Source of the DNA: TPA_inf: Saccharomyces
Lineage: Eukaryota
Direction: 5' to 3'
Assembly: GCA_000146045.2 (NCBI GenBank)
Contig: BK006934.2
Span: 224,001 to 288,000, forward strand
Length of the DNA: 64,000 nucleotides
Shown here: in pieces, positions 10,881 to 22,192 of the stretch
Position numbering within the stretch: the first letter of the stretch is position 1
Layout: the number at the start of each line of letters is the position of its first letter
Notes under the pieces: model-generated
What the model was told of the DNA's origin: nothing
Databases searched by the model: none
Seen by the model: only the letters and a program-made list of their open reading frames with translations
Position numbers and translations under genes: made by a program

Positions 10881-12380
10881 ATGAAAATCGCACTGCCAGT
10901 ATTCCAAAAATTTAATAGATTGATCAGTTCGTGCAAGATGTCAGGAGTGTTCCCATACAACCCACCCGTGAATCGCCAAATGCGAGAATTGGATAGGTCA
11001 TTTTTCATCACCAAGATACCAATGTGTGCAGTCAAGTTCCCCGAACCCAAAAATATCAGTGTGTTTTCTAAAAACTTCAAAAATTGCATCTTGAGGGTGC
11101 CCCGTATCCCGCACGTTGTTAAGTTAAACTCATCCAAGCCAAAGGACGAACTGACAAGTGTACAGAACAAGAAACTAAAGACTGCAGATGGCAATAATAC
11201 CCCAGTCACGAAAGGTGTGCTGCTACACGAATCCATCCACAGCGTGGAGGATGCGTATGGAAAATTGCCTGAGGACGCCTTGGCGTTTCTTAAGGAAAAC
11301 AGTGCGGAAATTGTACCACACGAATACGTGCTCGATTATGATTTCTGGAAAGCTGAGGAGATTCTTCGAGCCGTGCTGCCCGAGCAATTCCTGGAAGAGG
11401 TTCCAACGGGTTTTACAATCACAGGCCACATTGCCCACTTGAACTTGCGCACCGAGTTCAAACCATTCGACTCGCTCATCGGACAAGTCATCCTTGACAA
11501 GAACAACAAAATCGAATGTGTCGTGGACAAAGTCAGCTCCATTGCCACACAGTTCAGGACTTTTCCTATGAAAGTCATTGCTGGGAAAAGCGATAGTCTA
11601 GTGGTAGAGCAGAAGGAATCCAACTGCACTTTCAAATTCGACTTTAGCAAGGTGTACTGGAACTCCCGATTGCACACAGAGCATGAAAGACTCGTCAAAC
11701 AGTACTTCCAGCCTGGCCAAGTAGTCTGTGATGTTTTCGCCGGCGTGGGGCCCTTTGCTGTACCTGCGGGCAAGAAGGATGTCATCGTTTTGGCTAACGA
11801 CTTGAATCCTGAGAGTTACAAATACTTGAAGGAGAACATCGCATTGAACAAAGTGGCCAAGACCGTCAAATCCTTCAACATGGATGGCGCTGACTTCATC
11901 CGCCAGTCGCCACAGTTATTACAACAGTGGATTCAAGATGAAGAGGGCGGCAAGATCACGATCCCTCTGCCTTTGAAGAAACGACACAGATCCCAGCAAC
12001 ACAATGACCAACAACCGCCACAACCACGCACCAAAGAGCTGATCATTCCGTCACATATTAGCCACTATGTCATGAATCTACCAGACAGCGCCATTTCTTT
12101 CTTAGGAAACTTCCGTGGCATCTTTGCAGCACACACTAAAGGCGCCACTGATACCATCCAAATGCCATGGGTGCACGTGCACTGTTTTGAGAAGTACCCG
12201 CCTGGCGACCAAGTCACTGAGGACGAGTTGCATGCACGCGTTCATGCCCGTATTATTGCCGCGCTCAAGGTCACTGCAGACGATCTTCCGTTGAATGCCG
12301 TTTCGTTGCATTTGGTGCGCAAAGTTGCACCCACCAAACCGATGTATTGCGCGAGTTTCCAACTTCCAGCTAACGTATGA
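10881..12380 (+). CDS. TRM5: tRNA (m1G37) methyltransferase, 499 aa
   Basis: Full ORF with a class I SAM-methyltransferase core (VCDVFAGVGPFAVPA, NDLNPESY). Confidence 0.85.
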   Translation: MKIALPVFQKFNRLISSCKMSGVFPYNPPVNRQMRELDRSFFITKIPMCAVKFPEPKNISVFSKNFKNCILRVPRIPHVVKLNSSKPKDELTSVQNKKLKTADGNNTPVTKGVLLHESIHSVEDAYGKLPEDALAFLKENSAEIVPHEYVLDYDFWKAEEILRAVLPEQFLEEVPTGFTITGHIAHLNLRTEFKPFDSLIGQVILDKNNKIECVVDKVSSIATQFRTFPMKVIAGKSDSLVVEQKESNCTFKFDFSKVYWNSRLHTEHERLVKQYFQPGQVVCDVFAGVGPFAVPAGKKDVIVLANDLNPESYKYLKENIALNKVAKTVKSFNMDGADFIRQSPQLLQQWIQDEEGGKITIPLPLKKRHRSQQHNDQQPPQPRTKELIIPSHISHYVMNLPDSAISFLGNFRGIFAAHTKGATDTIQMPWVHVHCFEKYPPGDQVTEDELHARVHARIIAALKVTADDLPLNAVSLHLVRKVAPTKPMYCASFQLPANV

Positions 12381-12952
12381 AGCGATCTGCTCTTGCAGTT
12401 TGCCGTGGGAGGAAAAAGGCAAAAAGGCGACCATTAGAAAAAGAAACGAGATGACTAACACCTTTATCTTCGAGAAGGCGCGGGGCTGACAGGGCACTGC
12501 GCGATGCGTCATACTACTTGAATACAACACAACCCGTCTTCTGTTATATAAAGAAGAAGAATAAATTAGGAAGTAGGGGGAAAAGGCTTATAGTGTAAAA
12601 GTATTTTAGTTTGTTGTTGTAATTTCGTCTTTTCTCTCACTACCGTAACAACGTGGTAGTTGGCAGAATATATATATTCTTGGCAACCTAGTTGTTACTC
12701 AAATAGAAGAAAAAGCAAGTTTCTCCCTATTTATTTGGTTCTCCCTATTCACTCGCATTTAGCATTGGCATACTTTTTTATATTTTTTTCGTTTTGTTTT
12801 TGGTTTTCCTAGGTTCGATATAGTTATAACAATGCACTCTTCCGTCTTCTAAGTTTTCCTTTTATTAAGGATGCGCGCAATAGAAGACACAGGCAATAAT
12901 AGAATTTATTAGGGTATTATTGTAAGGATAGGCATTACAAAGATAAAATAAG

Positions 12953-12957
<5 letters not shown>

Positions 12958-12987
<30 letters not shown>
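12958..12987. promoter_or_regulatory. 30-nt uninterrupted poly(dA:dT) tract ending about 16 bp upstream of the PCL5 ATG
   Basis: Direct read of an A30 run, followed by gaaaaataaaaataaat and then the ATG. Confidence 0.6.
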
Positions 12988-12988
<1 letters not shown>

Positions 12989-13003
12989 AAAATAAAAATA
13001 AAT

Positions 13004-13693
13004 ATGGATGGAAATCATAGGTTTACTCCAGATTCCAAAGAATTTAATACTGTTGTAAAAAGTAAAGAGTCTTCCACTGGCAGAAATCCGTATCAGACTC
13101 CGCCCTTAGAGCACAACGGTACTCATCATCAGACAAATTACAGCAGAAAGAAAACAAATCTAGCAATTATCATATCGAATTTCTTGTCCGAGATCAGTCG
13201 GCCTCTTTCAAATGGCAAAATCAATAATTCTACCCACAACATTTTAAAATTTCTAAATGAAGTGCTTAAGAGATCGAAGTGCAGTAAAGAAAACGCTGTG
13301 TTAGCCACTTTCTACTTTCAAAAGATTCACCAATCCAGAGGTGTCCGGGATGAGTCCTCATTGCCTGAATTCTCGCACTGTTCCCGCAGAATTTTTCTCT
13401 GCTGTCTTATTCTATCGCACAAATTTTTGAACGACAACACTTACTCGATGAAAAATTGGCAAATTATAAGTGGGCTCCATGCAAAGGATCTATCTCTAAT
13501 GGAAAGATGGTGTCTGGGTAAGCTGAATTATGAGCTGGCCATTCCATATGACGAGTTTTTGCTATGGGAAACGAACACTTTAATGAAAGCGAAATTGCGC
13601 GTCGGAACTCCCGCCAACGCTCCGGTGAAGAGACCCAGAGAATCAGACAATGATTATGATGCAAATTCTTGGAAACAGATTAAATCTTGTTAA
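13004..13693 (+). CDS. PCL5: Pho85 cyclin (Pcl1,2-like), 229 aa
   Basis: Full ORF with a cyclin-box region. Position matches YHR071W. Confidence 0.8.
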   Translation: MDGNHRFTPDSKEFNTVVKSKESSTGRNPYQTPPLEHNGTHHQTNYSRKKTNLAIIISNFLSEISRPLSNGKINNSTHNILKFLNEVLKRSKCSKENAVLATFYFQKIHQSRGVRDESSLPEFSHCSRRIFLCCLILSHKFLNDNTYSMKNWQIISGLHAKDLSLMERWCLGKLNYELAIPYDEFLLWETNTLMKAKLRVGTPANAPVKRPRESDNDYDANSWKQIKSC

Positions 13694-13847
13694 TTTCGAA
13701 AATGTTATATATCTTTCATTCATCAATAAATTAACTTTTTTTTTTTTTTTTCCTTGCTGAGCTTTTGATCTATTCAGCTATGTGCCCTGTCATGTTAGGA
13801 AATACAAATATTTTTTAAAAAAAAAAAATAGTGTGTGTTTACAAAAA

Positions 13848-13939
13848 TGCGAATTCTGTGGATCGAACACAGGACCTCCAGATAACTTGACCGAAGTTTT
13901 TTCTTCAGTCTGGCGCTCTCCCAACTGAGCTAAATCCGC
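13848..13939 (-). tRNA. tF(GAA): tRNA-Phe(GAA) gene with a 19-nt intron
   Basis: The minus strand reads GCGGATTTAGCTCAGTTGGGAGAGCGCCAGACTGAAGA, then a 19-nt intron (aaaaaacttcggtcaagtta), then TCTGGAGGTCCTGTGTTCGATCCACAGAATTCGCA. This is identical to canonical yeast tRNA-Phe, with anticodon GAA. Confidence 0.93.
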
Positions 13940-13949
13940 TTACTATTTG

Positions 13950-14203
13950 TTGAAATTCTGATGTTAAAAAGATAACTCATTTGAGTGTTTATTGGCGTCA
14001 AGATTGAGATAAGTCACCAAACCCAATGAAAGCTGAAATGCAAGGTTTGATAATATAATAGGATAATGAACGACAGTATGTAAAGATAAAAGGGAGATAA
14101 TACCCCTTGAGGAGAATGTCTTCTATATTATATACACCTAAAATATTATAGCTTTTATTATGACAGAATTTTAAGAATTATCTAAATACCCATTCATCTT
14201 TCA
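13950..14203 (+). mobile_element. Degenerate, 5'-truncated Ty1/Ty2 delta-like solo LTR abutting the 5' side of tRNA-Phe
   Basis: Recognisable but diverged matches to delta: gaaagctgaaatgcaaggtttgataatataataggat versus GGAAGCTGAAACGCAAGGATTGATAATGTAATAGGAT. ccttgaggagaatgtcttctatat versus CCTCGAGGAGAACTTCTAGTATAT. The terminal ...attatctaaatacccattcatctttca versus ...ATTATCTCAACATTCACCCATTTCTCA. Boundaries are approximate. Confidence 0.5.
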
Positions 14204-15097
14204 TTAGATGTCACTGTACCTGCTATCGAATGAAAAAAAATACAGTAGAGCGGGTATAACAGTAATGCAAGGAAAGGTGAAAGAATCACATATATAACGG
14301 CAAATTACTGGGATTGCTGTTGTATGGTGCACAGTTGGTTTGTTTTAACGGTATGCGTTTTGTATACCTCTATTATGTAGTGCAAGAAAATCTGCTGCTA
14401 TTCGTGATTACTGTTACAACCTAACGGTTTAAATGAAACCTGGTTCTGAAGGGTCATTTTATAACTTCAAGTTCCCTTAGCCTTTCGATTCATTTTGATT
14501 ATGCCATTTCTAGACCGTGTTATAGGCGCTGGCGTTTAATTTGGTGTAGCTTGGTTTAGTCAAGAGTTGTATTAGTGTTCCTCGATAAAGTCGATGTTTC
14601 CGGATATTGTGTTAAAATTTCAAGTATGCTACTAATGGGGTAAAGTTGCATGATTAGCAGAGACATATGGCTTGTTATGGTTCGGCTTCCTCATTTTTCA
14701 TGCTTAGTTTTTGTCCATCTCATTGTACATTTCTGAATCCTAATGCATGACTCCCTAACATTACTATTAAATTCTCAATAGTGAAGAATAAGCAAAATGG
14801 GAACCATGATAATTTCTAGCTTTCTCTCCACCCCTATTTTAATTTGCAATCATATATAGTACTTTCAATAGCATCTTTTCTAGATTTGATATCTGCGGAA
14901 ACTTTTCGTTTATAATCGTTTAGGTGAAAAGTTTTTATATCGGTTATTTACAGATATACATTTTCTCAAAAAAAAAAAAATATAATACATGCCCTCAGCT
15001 TTTAATAAAGCCATTGAGCACAAGCCTCTCCAGTAATGTACTGCTGTGCCCAATAACCTTACCAATAATCGTCGCCCACAAAGAAAGTACAAAACAG

Positions 15098-17293
15098 ATG
15101 ACAGAATTTTATTCTGACACAATCGGTCTACCAAAGACAGATCCACGTCTTTGGAGACTGAGAACTGATGAGCTAGGCCGAGAAAGCTGGGAATATTTAA
15201 CCCCTCAGCAAGCCGCAAACGACCCACCATCCACTTTCACGCAGTGGCTTCTTCAAGATCCCAAATTTCCTCAACCTCATCCAGAAAGAAATAAGCATTC
15301 ACCAGATTTTTCAGCCTTCGATGCGTGTCATAATGGTGCATCTTTTTTCAAACTGCTTCAAGAGCCTGACTCAGGTATTTTTCCGTGTCAATATAAAGGA
15401 CCCATGTTCATGACAATCGGTTACGTAGCCGTAAACTATATCGCCGGTATTGAAATTCCTGAGCATGAGAGAATAGAATTAATTAGATACATCGTCAATA
15501 CAGCACATCCGGTTGATGGTGGCTGGGGTCTACATTCTGTTGACAAATCCACCGTGTTTGGTACAGTATTGAACTATGTAATCTTACGTTTATTGGGTCT
15601 ACCCAAGGACCACCCGGTTTGCGCCAAGGCAAGAAGCACATTGTTAAGGTTAGGCGGTGCTATTGGATCCCCTCACTGGGGAAAAATTTGGCTAAGTGCA
15701 CTAAACTTGTATAAATGGGAAGGTGTGAACCCTGCCCCTCCTGAAACTTGGTTACTTCCATATTCACTGCCCATGCATCCGGGGAGATGGTGGGTTCATA
15801 CTAGAGGTGTTTACATTCCGGTCAGTTACCTGTCATTGGTCAAATTTTCTTGCCCAATGACTCCTCTTCTTGAAGAACTGAGGAATGAAATTTACACTAA
15901 ACCGTTTGACAAGATTAACTTCTCCAAGAACAGGAATACCGTATGTGGAGTAGACCTATATTACCCCCATTCTACTACTTTGAATATTGCGAACAGCCTT
16001 GTAGTATTTTACGAAAAATACCTAAGAAACCGGTTCATTTACTCTCTATCCAAGAAGAAGGTTTATGATCTAATCAAAACGGAGTTACAGAATACTGATT
16101 CCTTGTGTATAGCACCTGTTAACCAGGCGTTTTGCGCACTTGTCACTCTTATTGAAGAAGGGGTAGACTCGGAAGCGTTCCAGCGTCTCCAATATAGGTT
16201 CAAGGATGCATTGTTCCATGGTCCACAGGGTATGACCATTATGGGAACAAATGGTGTGCAAACCTGGGATTGTGCGTTTGCCATTCAATACTTTTTCGTC
16301 GCAGGCCTCGCAGAAAGACCTGAATTCTATAACACAATTGTCTCTGCCTATAAATTCTTGTGTCATGCTCAATTTGACACCGAGTGCGTTCCAGGTAGTT
16401 ATAGGGATAAGAGAAAGGGGGCTTGGGGCTTCTCAACAAAAACACAGGGCTATACAGTGGCAGATTGCACTGCAGAAGCAATTAAAGCCATCATCATGGT
16501 GAAAAACTCTCCCGTCTTTAGTGAAGTACACCATATGATTAGCAGTGAACGTTTATTTGAAGGCATTGATGTGTTATTGAACCTACAAAACATCGGATCT
16601 TTTGAATATGGTTCCTTTGCAACCTATGAAAAAATCAAGGCCCCACTAGCAATGGAAACCTTGAATCCTGCTGAAGTTTTTGGTAACATAATGGTAGAAT
16701 ACCCATACGTGGAATGTACTGATTCATCCGTTCTGGGGTTGACATATTTTCACAAGTACTTCGACTATAGGAAAGAGGAAATACGTACACGCATCAGAAT
16801 CGCCATCGAATTCATAAAAAAATCTCAATTACCAGATGGAAGTTGGTATGGAAGCTGGGGTATTTGTTTTACATATGCCGGTATGTTTGCATTGGAGGCA
16901 TTACACACCGTGGGGGAGACCTATGAGAATTCCTCAACGGTAAGAAAAGGTTGCGACTTCTTGGTCAGTAAACAGATGAAGGATGGCGGTTGGGGGGAAT
17001 CAATGAAGTCCAGTGAATTACATAGTTATGTGGATAGTGAAAAATCGCTAGTCGTTCAAACCGCATGGGCGCTAATTGCACTTCTTTTCGCTGAATATCC
17101 TAATAAAGAAGTCATCGACCGCGGTATTGACCTTTTAAAAAATAGACAAGAAGAATCCGGGGAATGGAAATTTGAAAGTGTAGAAGGTGTTTTCAACCAC
17201 TCTTGTGCAATTGAATACCCAAGTTATCGATTCTTATTCCCTATTAAGGCATTAGGTATGTACAGCAGGGCATATGAAACACATACGCTTTAA
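15098..17293 (+). CDS. ERG7: Lanosterol synthase (2,3-oxidosqualene cyclase), 731 aa
   Basis: Repeated QW motifs, the DCTAE active-site motif and the N-terminus MTEFYSDTIG. The ORF track extends 58 codons further upstream to 14924. I trimmed to the ATG at 15098. Confidence 0.9.
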   Translation: MTEFYSDTIGLPKTDPRLWRLRTDELGRESWEYLTPQQAANDPPSTFTQWLLQDPKFPQPHPERNKHSPDFSAFDACHNGASFFKLLQEPDSGIFPCQYKGPMFMTIGYVAVNYIAGIEIPEHERIELIRYIVNTAHPVDGGWGLHSVDKSTVFGTVLNYVILRLLGLPKDHPVCAKARSTLLRLGGAIGSPHWGKIWLSALNLYKWEGVNPAPPETWLLPYSLPMHPGRWWVHTRGVYIPVSYLSLVKFSCPMTPLLEELRNEIYTKPFDKINFSKNRNTVCGVDLYYPHSTTLNIANSLVVFYEKYLRNRFIYSLSKKKVYDLIKTELQNTDSLCIAPVNQAFCALVTLIEEGVDSEAFQRLQYRFKDALFHGPQGMTIMGTNGVQTWDCAFAIQYFFVAGLAERPEFYNTIVSAYKFLCHAQFDTECVPGSYRDKRKGAWGFSTKTQGYTVADCTAEAIKAIIMVKNSPVFSEVHHMISSERLFEGIDVLLNLQNIGSFEYGSFATYEKIKAPLAMETLNPAEVFGNIMVEYPYVECTDSSVLGLTYFHKYFDYRKEEIRTRIRIAIEFIKKSQLPDGSWYGSWGICFTYAGMFALEALHTVGETYENSSTVRKGCDFLVSKQMKDGGWGESMKSSELHSYVDSEKSLVVQTAWALIALLFAEYPNKEVIDRGIDLLKNRQEESGEWKFESVEGVFNHSCAIEYPSYRFLFPIKALGMYSRAYETHTL

Positions 17294-17645
17294 GTTTTAT
17301 TTATAAGTGTTGTTAGAGGCTGCAACAATTAGAAACTAGTGCAAAACTAGTATATTTATTTGTATATGTAGTAGTAAAATAATAGGTGAAAAATTAACAT
17401 GTGTTTGAAATTCCAGCTAACTATTGGTTATGGTGATTACACGCTAAGTGTAGAGTTCTTTCAAATATACCATTTATCCTTTAGCACGGCTTCACTATTT
17501 TTTTCGTCTTTTTTCAACTAAGCGGAAGGAGAAAAAAATTTCAAGTTATGCTCATCACTCTTTTATTACATTATGGTAGCTATAAAGTGGCTTATGTTAG
17601 TGAGTTGACGGAAAAGAGAAATACTTTCAATAGACCAATACATAA

Positions 17646-17840
<195 letters not shown>

Positions 17841-18581
17841 ATTTGGGTAGTTTAAGGGAATATTGTATAGTACGTGATTCTGGCTAGTATGAAAATGCAG
17901 TGAATTTTCTTGTTTCATTTTCAATTTTCTAGACCTACATAAATTTGATAAGTTTTTAGGTGATAAATACTAATTATAATTGATCGATTATATGTTTTAA
18001 TCTCGAAGGAGCAGTGGCCGTTTTCTTATCCAGAACCAGTTCTTTTAAGACTCGCCAGTTTCTTTTTAGCTGTAATAAGGAAAAATAGATTGATATTAGT
18101 TACAGTTGTGCTTCACGTTGTTAAAACGTACAAGAAAAGTCTTTAACTGTAGCAACCAAAAAAGGTACTTGATGTCGATATTAAGCCGCATCTCTAGATC
18201 TAAAGGCTCCACTCTACTGCTCCACTTTACTGCTCCAAAGAGTCGGCTTACAGATAGGCTACCGCTACATTAATAACTGTGCTGGAAAACCTTGTTTCCG
18301 GGAGCACAAAATTGTAATGACATATTTATTTTGGTTGTATCAAGCGTTTCCAACTGTTGATTCAACCAAAAAGCCTCATAGCTTTTAATACGGATATTGC
18401 TTAGGGTAGGGCGAAAAAAATAACCAAATCTTTGGAAAAAGCAGTTTGACACCATACAACCAGCAACGACATGGTTTTTTAGTGAACCTGTTGGGGGGAG
18501 AGTATAACTCGTGAAAGTTTCGACGTCCTATTTGCTGGAGAGTAGTAAAACGAGCTTGAATAGCAGCCTGCGAATCGAATT

Positions 18582-21572
18582 ATGGAAACAATTGATATAC
18601 AAAATCGATCATTTGTTGTTCGTTGGGTAAAATGTGGCCGTGGCGATGTAATCAATTATCAGATCAAGCCATTGAAGAAATCTATTGAAGTCGGCATATA
18701 CAAAAAGTTGAAATCCAGTGTAGATGACCATGCTTCCGCAGTTCACATTGCACCTGACACTAAAACATTGCTAGACTATACTACGAAATCTCTATTACAT
18801 AAGGGAAGTTCGAGTAATATTGAGGAGCATCACAGGCGTTCCTCACAGCACTCTCATAGTTCGAGCAATGGATCGGATAATAAGAGGAAAGAGAGATCAT
18901 ATTCTTCACTGTCCATTAGCGGCATACAGCAGCAATCCCAGGAAATACCCCTACGTGAAAAACTCTCTGCGTCAGGATTCACTTTGGTCAAGAGGGTCGG
19001 CAACGTTTCCGGTAACACTATGGTCCAAGGTGATCTTGAAGTGAAAGATACAGACTACTATTATGCATTTATACTGGACAACTCGTCTTCCAAGAATGCA
19101 AAAAAGAAAATTCTTTTTAACGCAAGTGTGATAAACGGCGATAATCAATCGATGATAAGCACAAGATCCACCCCTCCCGCAAGGCCTACAGCTTTAAGCA
19201 GAACATCTACTCAACAGGATATGTTATTTAGAGTAGGACAAGGTCGTTACTTGCAAGGCTACCTGCTGAAAAAAAGGAGAAAGAGACTACAAGGTTTTAA
19301 GAAAAGGTTTTTCACCTTGGACTTTCGATATGGAACCCTATCGTACTATTTAAACGACCATAATCAAACTTGTAGGGGTGAAATTGTCATAAGCTTGTCA
19401 TCTGTTAGTGCCAATAAGAAGGACAAAATAATCATAATTGATTCTGGTATGGAAGTTTGGGTCTTGAAGGCTACAACTAAGGAAAATTGGCAGTCGTGGG
19501 TCGATGCGTTACAAACTTGTTTTGACGATCAGTTCGAAGATAAGGACACGTCCACTTTGGAAGAAAATCCCGACATTCTTGACGATGACAAGGAAGTAAT
19601 TAATAAAAGCTCACCTCAAGACCACGACCACCTCACGCCCACGGCTACGACCAAAAGTGCACTATCACATAGACAGCATACTCAGAAAGACATGGATGAC
19701 ATATATGTCCCATTGCCCAGCGAATCTTACGCTACTTTCTCCATGAATCTACGTTTGATTCAACAACGACTGGAGCAGTGTAAAAAAGACTCGTTATCTT
19801 ATAAACCAACTACTTTACATCAAAGATCGGAGGGGCTAAATGGAACACATTCGTCATCTTCCGTCTTTACCAATAATAGAGTGTCTTCATTCAATCATTC
19901 TTCTTCTGGTATGACGTCATCTGATTCTTTAGCCTCTGAAGAGGTTCCTTCCAACAAAACATATATTGAGCATGCTTTATATAACCAATTGGCAGATCTT
20001 GAAGTATTTGTTAGCCGGTTCGTTACACAGGGAGAGGTTTTATTCAAGGACCACCAGATCCTGTGCAAGAAAGCAAAAGACACGAGAGTTTCTTTAACTT
20101 CATATCTTAGCGAGAATGATGAATTTTTTGATGCAGAAGAGGAAATCAGTCGGGGAGTCATTATATTACCTGACACAGAAGATGATATTAATAATATAGT
20201 CGAGGAAACTCCCCTTCTTGGTAAAAGTGACCAAAATGAGTTCACAAAAGAGGTCCAATTGTCGGGATCCGAACAGATAGCTTCATCAAGTGTGGAGAGC
20301 TATACAACTAACGATGAAAATCATAGCCGTAAACACCTCAAAAATCGTCACAAAAATCGTCGCCGTGGCCACCCTCATCATCAAAAAACCAAAAGCGCCC
20401 AATCCTCAACAGAAACATTTACAAGTAAGGATTTGTTTGCTCTTTCCTATCCAAAGAGTGTTACACGCCGTAATGACATACCTGAAGCTGCAGCTTCTCC
20501 GCCAAGCCTATTATCTTTTTTGAGAAAGAATGTAGGCAAAGATCTGAGCTCTATTGCCATGCCAGTAACCTCAAATGAGCCTATTTCTATTTTGCAGTTG
20601 ATATCAGAAACATTTGAGTATGCTCCACTTTTAACGAAGGCTACCCAACGTCCTGATCCTATAACCTTTGTTTCTGCATTTGCTATTTCCTTTCTTTCCA
20701 TATATAGGGATAAAACAAGAACGCTAAGAAAGCCTTTTAATCCTTTACTGGCTGAAACATTTGAACTTATACGAGAAGATATGGGGTTTAGGCTTATATC
20801 GGAAAAGGTCTCACATCGTCCTCCAGTATTTGCCTTCTTTGCAGAGCATCTCGACTGGGAGTGTAGTTACACTGTAACGCCATCGCAAAAGTTTTGGGGT
20901 AAGTCTATTGAATTGAATAACGAAGGTATACTGAGATTGAAGTTTAAGACAACTGGAGAACTATTTGAATGGACGCAACCAACAACTATTTTAAAAAATT
21001 TGATAGCGGGTGAGAGATATATGGAGCCTGTCAACGAATTCGAAGTACATTCTTCGAAGGGAGACAAATCACACATCCTGTTCGATAAGGCAGGTATGTT
21101 TAGTGGAAGATCTGAAGGATTTAAGGTTTCGATAATCCCACCACCTTCGAGCAATCGCAAGAAGGAAACTCTAGCTGGTAAATGGACACAGAGTTTAGCT
21201 AATGAAACTACACATGAAACTATATGGGAAGTAGGTGATTTAGTTAGCAATCCGAAGAAGAAATATGGCTTTACTAAATTCACCGCAAATTTGAATGAGA
21301 TAACTGAAATTGAAAAGGGCAATTTACCACCTACGGACTCAAGATTAAGACCAGATATTAGAGCTTACGAGGAGGGAAATGTTGATAAGGCGGAAGAGTG
21401 GAAGCTGAAATTGGAACAACTTCAACGTGAAAGACGTAATAAAGGGCAAGATGTGGAGCCTAAATATTTCGAAAAAGTATCTAAGAATGAATGGAAATAC
21501 ATAACTGGACCGAAGAGTTATTGGGAAAGAAGAAAGAAGCATGATTGGTCTGATATTTCTCAACTCTGGTGA
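18582..21572 (+). CDS. OSH3: Oxysterol-binding protein homolog with a PH domain and OSBP-related domain, 996 aa
   Basis: Full ORF. The OSBP fingerprint region (EQVSHHPP-like: [13 protein letters not shown]) lies in the C-terminal third. Confidence 0.88.
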
Positions 21573-22192
21573 ATGCCTTGATGACATCAAGTGAACTTTT
21601 TTCCCCCCTTTGTACTCTATTTATTTTCCATCTTTAATGATCATCCACACAAATTACTTGTATATGCGTTCATGTATAGTATACTATATACAACATGAAG
21701 GACTTTATAAATTCTTGATCAATCTTTCACACTAATTTTATATTAACAGTTCTACACTATTTTTGTTTGCTTGACTGTAAAAACATTCTATTTTATGATT
21801 AGTTGCAAAACTTGAAAAAAACAATAGAATTTCATCACATAATTGAAAGATAATGAACTCTTTCAGTCAGTTAGATCCATGTTTTTTGAAGAAAAGTTTA
21901 CGAACACAGGATCTTACAAAAGGTGCCTAAATTTGGAATTGAAAGTCTATTGCTATCAAAACTTGTCAAAGATAACATAGCTTGGAACATCTTATCCTTT
22001 ATATGTCCTGCTAAGTCATATCAAGAGGCCCCAATAGTTTCGTCGAAAAAGATAAAGAGGAATATGGAAGGGAAATATAAGATTATCAACTGGTTACCTC
22101 AAAATAGACTATATGCTCACATCATCAATTGATATTGCTTGTAAAAATACCCCCAAATACCCTGGCATTCTTTTTTTGACTCCCTGCCAGTA

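Noticed and set aside
10874-11785. Minus-strand ORFs of 120 aa (10874-11236) and 149 aa (11336-11785) overlapping TRM5
   Set aside because: They lie entirely within or over the 5' end of a strongly supported conserved gene on the opposite strand, and have no recognisable domains. These are the classic dubious overlapping ORFs.
14290-14420. Possible second LTR fragment (tgttgtatggtgcac...) resembling a sigma/tau terminus
   Set aside because: Only a short terminal resemblance, with no extended similarity I can verify by eye.
14924-15097. 58-codon in-frame upstream extension of ERG7. Similar extensions occur for SSZ1, RRP3, SAM35, STE12, NAM8, RTC3, NOP10 and YHR078W.
   Set aside because: A longest-ORF artefact. 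The recognised N-termini and protein lengths match internal ATGs, and the extensions run into promoter A/T-rich sequence.
21573-22192. Searched the OSH3-QNS1 intergenic region for a replication origin consensus
   Set aside because: Only 10/11 matches to WTTTAYRTTTW were found (for example tttttatattaa). There is no perfect ARS consensus sequence, so I make no ARS call.
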